Assembly: GCA_030265395.1 (NCBI GenBank)
Contig: JARFYF010000036.1
Location: 26,099,819 to 26,163,818, forward strand
Reading direction: 5' to 3'
DNA from: Rhina ancylostomus
Lineage: Eukaryota
Length of the DNA stretch: 64,000 nucleotides
Of this stretch, positions 25,400 through 36,760 are shown one piece after another. The notes beneath the pieces are model-generated. The model was given only the letters and a program-made list of their open reading frames with translations, was not told the DNA's origin and searched no databases. Within the stretch, counting starts at the first letter, position 1. Every line of letters starts with the position of its first letter. A program made the translations under genes and the position numbers.

Positions 25400-26510
25400 T
25401 CCTTTTTCAATCTTTTTATTGAATTTCAAATTAATTCAAATTGATATACATAACATTAATGATTATACATATAGTGCGAAGAGATTGGGATAACAATAAT
25501 AACAGTTAATATATATATACTTACAAGGAGTGAAATATATAATCTGGACCTCCCGCTCTCTTGCTAAGTGAACATGATAGAAAAAAGATTGAAAAGAACT
25601 TTAATTATATGAAAAGAGAAACCCCAAATCAAAAAAATAATAATAAACAAAAGCAAACCAAAAACTTCAAAAAAAAACTGGACTGATGTTTCTTTGGTTA
25701 AAAAAACATTGTTATGTCATTAGCTCTGCTCCTCCTATCTCATTTTTCTACCCTCCTTTTTTTCTCTCCTTACCTTTGACCCACCCCCCGGTGGATCTGC
25801 TGTCCCCTCCTCCCCCACACCTGCCTATCACCATCTCTTACCTGCATCTACCTATCACCNNNNNNNNNNNNNNNNNNNNNNNNNNNNNNNNNNNNNNNNN
25901 NNNNNNNNNNNNNNNNNNNNNNNNNNNNNNNNNNNNNNNNNNNNNNNNNNNNNNNNNNNAATCCTCAGGAAATTCTGATTGATATAAAGAAGTATAAAAT
26001 TCTTGAAAAGATTTATTAATTTGATCATGGTCCACCGTGTAATTACCATCTCGTTTATGAACTTTAATAATCTGAAGTTTAGTTGAAGCAGCTTTCAGTT
26101 GGTTGGCCAACAATTTACCAGATTTATCACCATGTATATAAAACTGACTCCTGGTTTTAAGTAGTTGATTTTCAATTGGAGATGTTAATAATAAACTGTG
26201 TTGTAATTGAAGTTCAGTTCTCTTTTTATAGAGCTCCAAATTAGGAGCATCAGAGTATTTTTTTATTCATTTCTTTGATCTTATCAGCCAATATACATAA
26301 TTCATTATTAGTTCGTTTTTTCAATCCAGCAGACTATGAAATAATTTGACCACATATATCAGCTTTAAGGGTATCCCATAATATCCCACTGGAAATTTCT
26401 CTGTAAAATTAGTTGAGAAGAAAAAGGAGATCTGTTCTTTAATAAAATGAACAAATTCTAAATCCTGCAATAGAGAAGAATTGAGTCGCCATTGTTTGAC
26501 CCCAGAGGGT
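25400..26510 (-). mobile_element. L1/Tx1-clade LINE fragments (3' tail and ORF2 linker)
   Basis: WRLNSSLLQDLEFVHFIKEQI; FYIHGDKSGKLLANQLK; INKSFQEFYTSLYQSE. The antisense tail tttttcaatctttttattg is shared with the copy at 45980. Confidence 0.8.
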
Positions 26511-26514
26511 TGAA

Positions 26515-28700
26515 GAATCTCTTCTGTGATGATGGGAAACTCAAGAGGAAGTTGAGATAAGTCATCTGGTTGACACTCCTGGCCAAGCATGGTGGCAAAT
26601 GCTTCAGATTTTTCTTTAACATTCACGTACTGAGCCCGGTCAGTGCTAAAGATGGGAATGTTCTTGGAACCTCCTCCTCTTCTGTTAGCCATTTAATTGT
26701 CTACCATCATTCACGATTAGATGTGGCAGGACTTCAGAGCTTTGATCCAATTTGTTGGTGTGATATTGCATAGCTCTGGCTATTGCATCCTATCTTTGCT
26801 GTTCAGCAAGCCTATCTCTCTCTAAGAAAAATTGTTTGAAGATCAAGGCTTCAAACCCAGCACAAAGCTCATAGTCATTCAGGCACGCATGATTCCTGCC
26901 ATCTTGTATGCTTCTGAGACATGGATTTGTCATGATTCCGAGTACTGGCCCTCGATTTGGCTCCTTGGATGCCTTGTTGTACAGCACATGGATTCCATGC
27001 TGGACTGATTGCATAANNNNNNNNNNNNNNNNNNNNNNNNNNNNNNNNNNNNNNNNNNNNNNNNNNNNNNNNNNNNNNNNNNNNNNNNNNNNNNNNNNNN
27101 NNNNNNNNNNNNNNNNGAGGAAGTATCCTGACTCCAGTCTTGTACCAGTGTGCTGCATTTGGGTTCTCTGTGAGCTTGCTCTTTGCTCAACGTTGTGACA
27201 GGATTACCTACAAGCAGGAACCTCAAAGCACTAAAGAGATATGACCAACAATGTTTCCTCAAAATCTTCAAAATCACTCGCTCCCAGACCAACAACCTTA
27301 GCATTAAAGCCCTAATTGCAGCCAATCAGCTCCAATGAGAATATTACATCATTCACATGCCCAATACCAGTCTCCCAAAACAAATATTCTGTTCCAAGCT
27401 CTGTCAGGGCAAGAGATTACTAGAAACAATTCAAGGATGTTCTCAAACCTTTCTTGAAAAGTGTAGCATCCTTACTGACTCATGAGAATCTTGGGTCCAC
27501 ACCTACTATAAATGGAGGAGGAACATTCAGGGTGGCATACTAAACCTTGAGTTCATGCATCAGGAACACATAGAACTGCAGTGTAAGTGGCAGAAGAATT
27601 GCCCAACCTCATAGACTATCCACTCACTACCCAAGAACCTTCTGCCCCACCTGTATCAGAGACTGCAGGTTCCACATTGGCCTCATCAGCTACTTCAGAA
27701 CACACAGAACTTGAGTGTAAACAAGTTATCCTGATCCCAAGGGACTGCTTGGAAAGGAATATCCTGCATTCCAGCTTAACCAAATGTACTCCTCATTTTT
27801 AGGTGAAGCTGGTACTGTTCTTCCCAGCAAGTCCTTTTGCCCTCTTCATTGAACCAGGATTGAACACCTGGTTTGATAGCAATAGTAGTGAGGAGTATAC
27901 CTGGCCATGATGTGACACATTGAAGTGGTGTATATTTCTGCTGCTGATGATGATTTATAGATGGTCATGGATGTCCAACTTGGAGCTGCCAAAACTCCTC
28001 TGAGTCTATCCCATTTAGCATGATTGAAGTGCCACAGGATTTGTTGGAAGGTGTCCTCAGTGTGAAGACTGGCCTTCATCTCTTCAAAGACTGCAGTGGT
28101 CACTTTCTCCAATGCCATCATAGGCTGATGCATTTACCACAGGTAGCTAGATGACAATGTGGTCAAGTAGGTTTATCCTTCCTGTGGGCTCATTCACTAC
28201 TTGCTGCAGCCTAATCCAATAGTTATGCCCTTCAGGTCTTGGCCAATCTCATCAGTGCTGGTGCTGATAGACATTTGAAATTCCCAAATTGACAGCATTC
28301 TGTGTCCTTGCTACTTCCAGTGCCTCTACCAAATATTGTTCAACAGGGAGAAATATTGAAGCATCAGCTGGGGGATGGCAGTAGATGATGATCAGGAGGA
28401 GGTTACTTTGTCCAACTTTAATCTAATGCCATGAGACTTTAAGAGGTCTGGAGTCAATGCTGAAAACCACTGGGATTACTCTCCCTTGCCAGCATACAAC
28501 AGTATCATCCCTCTGGTGGGTCTGTCTTGCTGGTGACACAGGATGTACCCAGGAATTATAATGGAGGAATCTGGTGCAATGTGTGTAAGGTATGATACTG
28601 TGAGGTCATCTTTGCCAGGCTGTTGCTTTACAAATCTGTGGGAAGCTATTACAAATTAGACACCAATCCCCAGCTGTTTGTGAATAGTTCTTTGCAAGGT
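26515..28700 (-). mobile_element. Degraded LINE (CR1/Daphne-like) endonuclease-linker region, interrupted by an RTE copy
   Basis: GGGSKNIPIF..AQYVNVKEKSEAFATML; LWHFNHAKWDRLRGVLAAPSW; a degenerate endonuclease region at about 28100-28700. Confidence 0.55.
27120..27750 (+). mobile_element. RTE-clade LINE 3' part
   Basis: KALKRYDQQCFLKIFKI; catgcccaataccagtctcccaaaacaaat (MPNTSLPKQ, like RMPDTRLPKQ); ttcaaggatgttctcaaa (FKDVLK). Confidence 0.65.
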
Positions 28701-29084
28701 TAACTGGGCTGGCAGCCACATTGCCTGATTGACTGGACAACAGAATTAAGTCATTGGCAATGAAATAGATTTTGATGAGTGTAGAGAACAAAAGCTTCAG
28801 TCTTTTCAAATTTTCAGTGAAGGAAGTTGTAACTCAATCCCGTCAATGTTAGACAGCCGTGGATGACATCACCATGGGAAGCAGACAAATAAAGAAAACG
28901 TCTGGAAAGTAGTACATGATTAGTGGCTGGGCACTTTTGAACAGAGTGAGGTGCTCCAATGCAATCAAAAATAACGTGATTAGGATTTGAAATTTCTGTG
29001 ATGACTTGAGTGGGGCAAACAAGTGGAAACATTTTGGTGAGGAAGAAGATATTGCCAGGCATGAGCCATGTTTATGTTATGGAA

Positions 29085-29890
29085 TCATAGTAATTTACAG
29101 TACAGAAAGAGGCCATTCAGCTCACCATGTCCATGTTGCCCATAAACAAATATGAAAGGCTAATTTCACCTCATCTTTCATTCTGTGGTCCTATAGATTA
29201 AGTACTCATCAATTTGAATGTGAAGGGTTTCTGCTTTGACCAGACTTTCAGACTAACACCACTCTTTGGATCAACTTACCTCTAATTCTTCTGCCAATTA
29301 TCTTAAGTGCATGTCCCTTAGTTATTGACCTTTCTGTTATTGGTCACTCTGCCTGTGTTCTCCAATTTCTGTTATTCCAAAGTAAACAATCACTTCCTAG
29401 CCAATCTATTCTTAAGGGTAATGAATCCCAGACTGGCAACATTGTCATAAATCTTGTTCACATCCTTTCTATTGCTGGCACATCCTTCCTGTAATATAAT
29501 GACCTAAACTATACAGTTCTCTAGTTGTGGCTGATTAGTGCTTACCATTCTCGCCTGACTTCCCTATTCTTCTATTCTGTGTCTCTGCCAGTGAAGGGAA
29601 ATATCCCTTATATCCGATATACCCACTTTGCTACCTTCAGGGATCAATAGGTTGGCATTACCAAGGCCCCTCTATTCCTCTACACTTCTTAGACTCCTGC
29701 CAGTTACTGTATTCTTGCCTGCATTGTTTTGCCTTCTTGCTCAAAATGAAGTACCTCATACTCCTCTGGACTGAATTCCATTTGCCTTTTGACCTTTCCA
29801 GTGAAATCTTCCCTGCACATTACAACTTTCTTCCTCACAATCAACCACTACGTCAAGCTTGATATTATCTGCAAATTTCTTATTTTGCCC
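29085..29890 (-). mobile_element. Old CR1 LINE 3' portion
   Basis: Antisense tail gaatcatag...acagtacagaaagaggccattcagc; tattatctgcaaattt is the antisense of KFADN. Confidence 0.6.
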
Positions 29891-29917
29891 ATTCATCTCC
29901 ACTCTTGATATACACTG

Positions 29918-30019
29918 CGGCACAATAGCATAGAGGTTAGCACAACACTATTACAGCACCAGCGATCGGGGTTCGATTCCCGTCGCTGTCTGTAAGGAGT
30001 TTGTACATTCTCCCATGTC
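29918..30019 (+). mobile_element. tRNA-derived SINE 5' part (runs into a gap)
   Basis: B box ggttcgattcc; about 60 bp identical to the copy at 31421. Confidence 0.8.
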
Positions 30020-30119
30020 NNNNNNNNNNNNNNNNNNNNNNNNNNNNNNNNNNNNNNNNNNNNNNNNNNNNNNNNNNNNNNNNNNNNNNNNNNNNNNNNN
30101 NNNNNNNNNNNNNNNNNNN

Positions 30120-30435
30120 ATTCATTTAAGGTGAGCTGGGTAGGTTCAAAGATGATGTATGGGGCAAATTTAAAGATGATGTATGGGGCAAATTTCGTTT
30201 CACACTGTGGTGGGTGCCTGGAATGCGCTGACAGGGATGGTGGTGGAGGCAGCACATTCCAGGAGGCTTTCAGGATGCTCTTAGATAGATAGATGAATGT
30301 GTAGAGAATGGAGGGATATGGACATTGTGTAGGCAGAAAGGATTAGTTTAGTTACGCATTTAATTACTAGTTTGATTAGTTTGGTACAACACTGTGGGCC
30401 AAAGGGCCTGTTCCTGTGCTGTACCATTCTATGTT
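30120..30435 (+). mobile_element. CR1 3' end containing a 24-bp tandem duplication
   Basis: ggtgcctggaatgcgctg...gggccaaagggcctgttcctgtgctgtaccattctatgttc; aaagatgatgtatggggcaaattt occurs twice at 30148-30195. Confidence 0.75.
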
Positions 30436-30562
30436 CATCCTTCCTACCAGGCAAACCAGTTTTTATTTGTCTCCTCCCTGTCTCCACCACATATTAGCCA
30501 AGTATTGGCCATCTGTGGGATTGGGCAAGAGATTTATGTTTACGGTATTCAACAGCCAGTTA

Positions 30563-30709
<147 letters not shown>

Positions 30710-31420
30710 TCAAACATATTGAACTTATTTTTATTCAAGGGGAGAAAACTGAGTGCCAATAAAGTAAAACATTGTTTTGATGCTGTCTACTCAGGCAATG
30801 GACTCAGGGATACAGGTAGATGAGCTTTTAGCATGAGAAGGAGATTCAGGCATGGGCAGAAATTGGCCAAGGCATCTACTAAAGGGCACACATGGATGCT
30901 GCGATGATCCCAGAACTAAAAATCTAGTCGGAGGTGATTAAATAACCACTTGCACTACTTCTGCACTTTCAAAATCTGTTATTTCATAGTCTTTACTTAG
31001 AATTGGTTACTCACAGCAAGAAATATTCACAATAGTAATTCAGAATCTAATTCATAAATTACCCCATAGAAGTGTTATTAATGTTATTAGTCCACTAATA
31101 AAGCTTTGGAGAAGCTTTAGCGAAACAGGTGAAATTCCATGCATGTAACATCTGCAAGCAGCATTTGACAAACTACATGTTAACTTATCTATAAGCTTGT
31201 GGGATAAAAGGGAATGAAAGTGACTTCGGGATATGCAGAGTGTAGCAGTGTTCAAGTGATCTTGTGAACTTTGGTACACAGTGTACAATTTTCTAGCAAA
31301 TTAACACTCAGCAACATGATAAATAGAGAGAGAAAAAGGGAAAATATGGGCACTTTGAGGCATTTGAGTTAATAAAAAGAGAGCCATAATGTTTAAATTT
31401 TAAGAGAGGCCCACTCTAAA

Positions 31421-31688
31421 GGGCGGCATGGTAGTGTAGCGGTTAGCGCAACACCTTTACTGCACCAGCGATCGGGGTTCGATTCCCGTCGCTGTCTGTA
31501 AGGAGTTTGTACATTCTCCCATGTCTTTGTGGGTTTCCTCTGGGTGGTCCAGTTTCCTCCCACATTCTAAAAAAGATGTACGGGTAGGTTAATTTGAGGT
31601 TTAAAATGGGCGGCGCAGACTCATTGGGCCGGAAAGGCCTGTTACACGCTGTAAATAAAATTTAAATTTAAAAAATTTTAAATTTAAA
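31421..31688 (+). mobile_element. Near full-length tRNA-derived V-SINE (HE1-like) with intact Pol III A and B boxes
   Basis: A box tagtgtagcgg (31432), B box ggttcgattcc (31476), V-domain gtgggtttcctctggg..ccagtttcctcccacat, LINE-like 3' stem gggccggaaaggcc and an (aaattt)n tail. Confidence 0.85.
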
Positions 31689-31707
31689 GCAACAGACCTA
31701 GCACTGA

Positions 31708-31836
31708 AGACACAAGTGACTGCAAATGCTGGAGTCTGAAGCAATAAACAATCTGCTGGAGGAACTCAGTGGGTCGAGCAGCATCTGTGGGAGTAAAGAA
31801 ATTGTTGATGTTTCAGGGTGAAACCCTGCATTAGGC
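31708..31836 (-). repeat. Penelope-derived terminal repeat with hammerhead-like motif
   Basis: Reverse complement reads CTAATGC-AGGGT-TTC-ACCCT-GAAAC-ATCAAC, followed by ...cccacagatgctgctcgacccactgagttcctccagcag. Confidence 0.6.
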
Positions 31837-33699
31837 CTCAGATGGCTCTCCACAACCTTCTCAAAGACAAATAGTGATGAGCAATAAATGTTGGCCATAC
31901 TAGTAATGCCCTAATCTCAAAAGCTAATTCATTAAAAATACCATTTTAATCCATTTAATTCATTTATCTTTTAAGGTGCTAATTGTAAAAATAACTATGT
32001 ATCCTCAATTTGGAAAAGTTTTCCAAGGCATTGTCCAGCAGAAAAGTGGATCCCAACCAAAAGAAAGAAAGATTGAAAACGTGACCAATGACATAGACAA
32101 AGAGATGGATATTATAAAGTGACCTCAAAGAAAGCAAGTGGTGAGTAAACGTTTGGGGGAAATAACTCAAAAGTATAAAGCCTAGTTGGCTGAGGGCATG
32201 GTCAACATTGATACAATCAAAGGAATTGGGATGCAAAAGTGGCAGTCTGATCCTTTCCCTGCCGATGACATAACAAACATTGGGCTATTTAATATGAATG
32301 GGTTGCTAAATTAGCACACAAAGGAATTTTGATTTCATTAATCATAGTCAATTAATATTGCTATAATAATTTCTAGGTATGCAGTATGCACAGAATATGC
32401 AAACAGTAATGGAGGACTAACTTTGATAGCCCCAGAGAGAGGGAGCTTGGTGCTTGATGTACAATTCCCCTGTCTTGAATCTGTCAGCATGCCAATATGT
32501 GCTTATTACCATAACTGCAGCATGCAACCACCATGAAACCTGTTTTGCATTTTCTACACAACTCAGCAGGGAGCCAGTAGACTCAATTACAATCAAATGC
32601 AACTACTCTAGATTACTTAAAGGCACCTTGCATCTCAGCAACTGCTCAATCCACTCAAACTAGCCTATCAACCTTTTTTTTTCAGGATTCCTAACCAACA
32701 TTAATTGATTCACCTAGTCTCACACTTGGTTGCAACCAGCTATTTCACAATATCAGAAGCATCATCCAAACATATTACACAACACTCACTCTACACTTTT
32801 CTCTCTCTTTCAGAACAGGATGGTGCACAACTGCCATACATGTTAAATAACTTCACAATCACAGCTGAGTTTTACAAACTTTCAAAAACATTTGGATTTA
32901 TTTTAATCTCCAAAAGCCAAAAAAATGATGTTATTGCTGATCACTTTATTTCAAGATGTTTTTCACTTCCTGGTGTTTGAGAGTTACATTACTACTCTGC
33001 TGTACTTAGGTAACCACAATAAAATTATTTTGAGATAATGATTGCCTCCTGTACTTTAATGACCTTAAAGGGTACAGTCTGTCAAATTTAAAGTGACACA
33101 ACTTTGTAAGCAAAACAGTAAGATGATTAAATTAGTGGGGCATAATTCCTATTCTTTCAACTCATGAATGCCTGTATTGCTACAATTCCCTAACCAAAAT
33201 TAGAAACCATTTCAATTAAACCCAATACAAGTATCATGTAGGCATAGTGTCAACCTGTTGTGATACAGAATTTCTTTCCTGCACACAATTTGCAGCGGCA
33301 GAAACAAACACACTAGTTCTCCAATATCGCTCATGTTATTGTCAGAACAATGGCTGTGTTATGCACAGGAATATTTTGTAATTTAAAACTTGTTACAAAT
33401 AAATGATCTACTAACACATACTGTAGGTGTGTCCCCTTAGGCTCTTAAATGTAATTTTTATACTGTGTGTGTTTGTACTAAAGACGAACAATAAGCTACA
33501 GTTAGTATAGTACTGATATTCAGAAACATTTAAAAATAATAAAATGGGAAATAATTATTATGCTTTAAATATAAAACAGCTAAAACACTTAAACAGAGGT
33601 GCTCAAGATCTTGAAAAATTTTAATGGAATATTAAGGAGAAACTGTTTCCATAGGTGGTTAGTGCAAAAAGAGGCAGTGAGCAAAACCTATTTAGGTAA

Positions 33700-34015
33700 G
33701 GTTTCTTTATTAGTCATATGTACATCGAAACACACAGTGAACTGCATCTTTAGTGTAGAGTGTTCTGGGGGCAGCCTACAAATGTCGCCATGCTTCCCGC
33801 ACCAACATAGCATGCCCACAACTTCCTAACCTGTATGTCTTTGGAATGTGGGAGGAAGCCAGCATACCTGGAAGAAACCCACGCAGACACGGGGAGAACG
33901 TACAAACAGCAGCAGCCGTAAGGTACAAACCCTACAGACAGTAGCCGGAATTGAACCTGGGTCGCTGGTGCTGTAATAGCGTTACGCTAACTGCTACCCT
34001 ACTGTGCCTGCCCAT
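33700..34015 (-). mobile_element. tRNA-derived V-SINE, near full length
   Basis: Reverse complement has a gggcaggcacagtagggtagcagttagcg head, a ggttcaattcc B box, the V-domain and an aataaa tail. Confidence 0.8.
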
Positions 34016-34047
34016 ACAATCTACTGGACGAACTCAGTGGGCCAAGC

Positions 34048-35135
34048 CAGATGTGTGGCCGTATTCTGATCTAACTCCATTTACAAGTTTGCAGATGACA
34101 CCACTGTAGTGGGCCAGATCGCAAACAACAACAAAGCAGACTATAGGAAGGACATAGAGATTCTAGTGGCATGTTTCAAGACAACAACATCCCCCTCAAT
34201 GTCAGCAAAACAAAAAAACTGGTTATTGACTTCAGGAAGCAGGGCAGAGTACACGTCCAGCATGTATCAATGGTGTTGAGGTGAAGATAGTTGAGAGCTT
34301 CGAATTCCTAGGTGTAAATATCACCAACATCTTGTCCTGATCCAGCCAAGTAGACAGTATGGCCAAGAAAACACACCAGCACCTCTACTTCCTCAGAAGG
34401 CTAAGGAAATTCGGCACATCCCCAATGACCCTCACCAATTTTTACAGATGCACCACAGAAAGCATCCTATCCAGATGCATCACAGCTTGGTATGGTAACT
34501 ACTCTGCCCAAAACCACAAGAAATTGCAAACAGTAAACTCAGCTCAGTCTATCATGAAAACTAGGCTCCCCTCCATTGATTATCTTTGTTTTCTGTGCCT
34601 AGGGAAAGCAGCCAAAATAATCAAAGACCTCTCCCACCCTGGTCATTCTCTCTTTGCCCTTCTATTGGGCAGAAGATACAAAGGCTTGAGAACAGCTTCT
34701 ATCCCACTGTTATAAGACTCTTGAATGGACTGGACTNNNNNNNNNNNNNNNNNNNNNNNNNNNNNNNNNNNNNNNNNNNNNNNNNNNNNNNNNNNNNNNN
34801 NNNNNNNNNNNNNNNNNNNNNNNNNNNNNNNNNNNNGTACCACCAGGCTCAAGGACAGCTTCTACCACAAAGATTCTTGACTGGACTTCTTATACAATAA
34901 AGATGAACTCTTAATCTCTCAGTCTACCTCGACATGGCCCTTGTGCCTTATTTGACTAAGTGCTCTGCACTTTATCTGTAACTGTAACACTATATTCTGC
35001 ATTGTTGTTGTTTTCCTTTTGTGCTACCTCGATGTACTTATGCATGGAATGATCTGTCTGGATGGCATGCAAACAAAGTTCTTCACTGTATCTCAGCACG
35101 TGTGACAATAATAAATAAGCCAATTACCAAATTAA
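34048..35135 (+). mobile_element. Rex1/Babar LINE (RT to 3' tail)
   Basis: YKFADDTTVVG; LNVSKTK..IDFRK; KKTHQHLYFLRRLRKFG..LTNFYRCTTESILSRCITAWYGN; tail caataataaataagccaattacc. Confidence 0.9.
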
Positions 35136-35251
35136 TCTGTGGGAGGAAAGGAATTGTCAGTGTTATGACTTGATGCATGCTTTAGACCGGAAATGTTGAC
35201 AGTTCCTTCCCCCTCCAAAAATGTTGCTCAAGCTGTTGAGTTCCTCCAGTA

Positions 35252-35805
35252 GAATCAGAATCAGATTTATTATCACTGACATACGACATAAAATTTATTT
35301 TACAGCAGCAGTATAGTGCAGACATAATATCTATAAATTACAAAAATAAATAAATAGTGCAAAATAGAGGAATAATGAGGTAGTGTTCATGGGTTCATGG
35401 ATCATTCAGATATCTGATGGCAGAGGGAAAGGAGCTGTTCCTGAATCGTTGAGTTTGGGTCTTCAGGCTACTGTACCTTCTCCCTGATGGTAGTAATGAG
35501 AAAATGACATGTCGTGGATGGTGAGTGTCCTTAAGGATAGATACGGCCTTCTTAAGGCACTGCCTCTTGAAGATATCCTCGATGGTGGGGAGGGCTGTGT
35601 TTGTGTTGAAACTGGCAGAGTCTACAACCCTCTGCAGCCTCTTGCAATCCTGAGAATTGGAGGCTCCAGACCAGGCTGTGATGCAACCAGTCAGGATGCT
35701 CTCCACCGTATATCTTTAGAAATCGTATGCACATTCGTGATATACCAAATATCCTCAAACTCCTATTGCAGTAGAGCCGCTGGTATGCCTCCTTCGTTGA
35801 CTTGG
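35252..35805 (-). mobile_element. Rex1/Babar LINE 3' part (second subfamily)
   Basis: ESILTGCITAW...KRLQRVV...HPRHVIFSLLPSGRRYSSL..RFRNSSFPSAIR; antisense tail (agaatc)n-tttatt. Confidence 0.88.
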
Positions 35806-36169
35806 GATGTTCTGCGTAAGGGGGTAGTCAAAACATATCAAAAACAACCAAAAGGTATTACATAAAAATAATACCAGGAGTGGGAGGTGGTACAAATTAA
35901 ATAGCTCTGCCAGAGAGCTAGCATTAGCCTAATGGTGTGAATGGCCACCTTTGGTGCTGTACTATTCTATGATCCCATGACTTTCCAACACCATGATCAC
36001 GGTGTTAGTGCCAACTGTCCTGTAAATGCAACCTCAGCATGATTAGAAAATCAACAGGACCTGCAATCTAAATATATGCTTTCTTTTAAAATGTGCATTC
36101 CACTGCAAATGCTTAGAGAGGAAAGGAAAACCATTAGCAGCAACTTCCTCAAGTCTTCACCGAAGGAAC

Positions 36170-36760
36170 AATTGCAGAGGGCTGAAGCAGCCGCAGCCCT
36201 GGGAAGAGGCGGGGCCTGACCACACATCCGATGACGTCGTGTGGGACACGTGGATTCCAAGATGGCGCAGCGGAGGGTAAGGGTAAAGGTTCCCCCCACC
36301 CCCCACACACACTCTGATTTCATNNNNNNNNNNNNNNNNNNNNNNNNNNNNNNNNNNNNNNNNNNNNNNNNNNNNNNNNNNNNNNNNNNNNNNNNNNNNN
36401 NNNNNNNNNNNNNNNNNNNNNNNAAGGTTCCCCCCCCCCCCACACACACTCTGAGTTCATTGGCAGGAGGGCAGGGTTGGGGGGATCGTCCGATGCGGCG
36501 GTGGGTGACAGGGCTGTGCCCCGGGGGTACGGGAGCTGCCAAGCGGCAGGGAGTCACATTTCGGGGGCGCTCTACTGTCAGGTAGCGACGGCCTAAAGAC
36601 ACCAGCTGTCTGCTGGCTCCCACCGGACGACTGAGTGTTAAAGGAAGCGGCTCCTGAGGGGTTACTGTAGGGCAGGGCACAGTGGGCATGGGCTGGATTT
36701 AGCTGACCCCTTTAATCCCCTCACAGCAACTCGTGTGTGCCGGCCACTCTAAGCGATCCT
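36170..36760 (+). promoter_or_regulatory. TM9SF4 CpG-island promoter / first-exon region
   Basis: The main GC/CpG-rich patch outside repeats. GC box gaggcggggc (36206-36215), CRE-like tgacgtc (36232-36238), E-box cacgtg (36247-36252) and a YY1 motif caagatggcg overlapping the start ATG. Confidence 0.8.
36262..36276 (+). CDS. TM9SF4: TM9SF4 coding exon 1 (MAQRR)
   Basis: Strong Kozak context aagATGG and donor AGG|gtaagg. Its 15 coding nt in phase 0 join exon 2 in frame, as in the 5-codon first exon of mammalian TM9SF4. Confidence 0.8.

Noticed and set aside
30148-30195. 24-bp tandem repeat as a functional array
   Set aside because: Only two units inside a dead CR1 3' end; a simple slippage duplication.
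31421-31500. tRNA gene
   Set aside because: A and B boxes are present but run into a SINE body and LINE-like tail; the sequence is multi-copy and I see no full cloverleaf.
36051-36689. 212-aa antisense ORF over the TM9SF4 promoter
   Set aside because: It spans an N gap in GC-rich, stop-poor sequence and has no recognisable domain.
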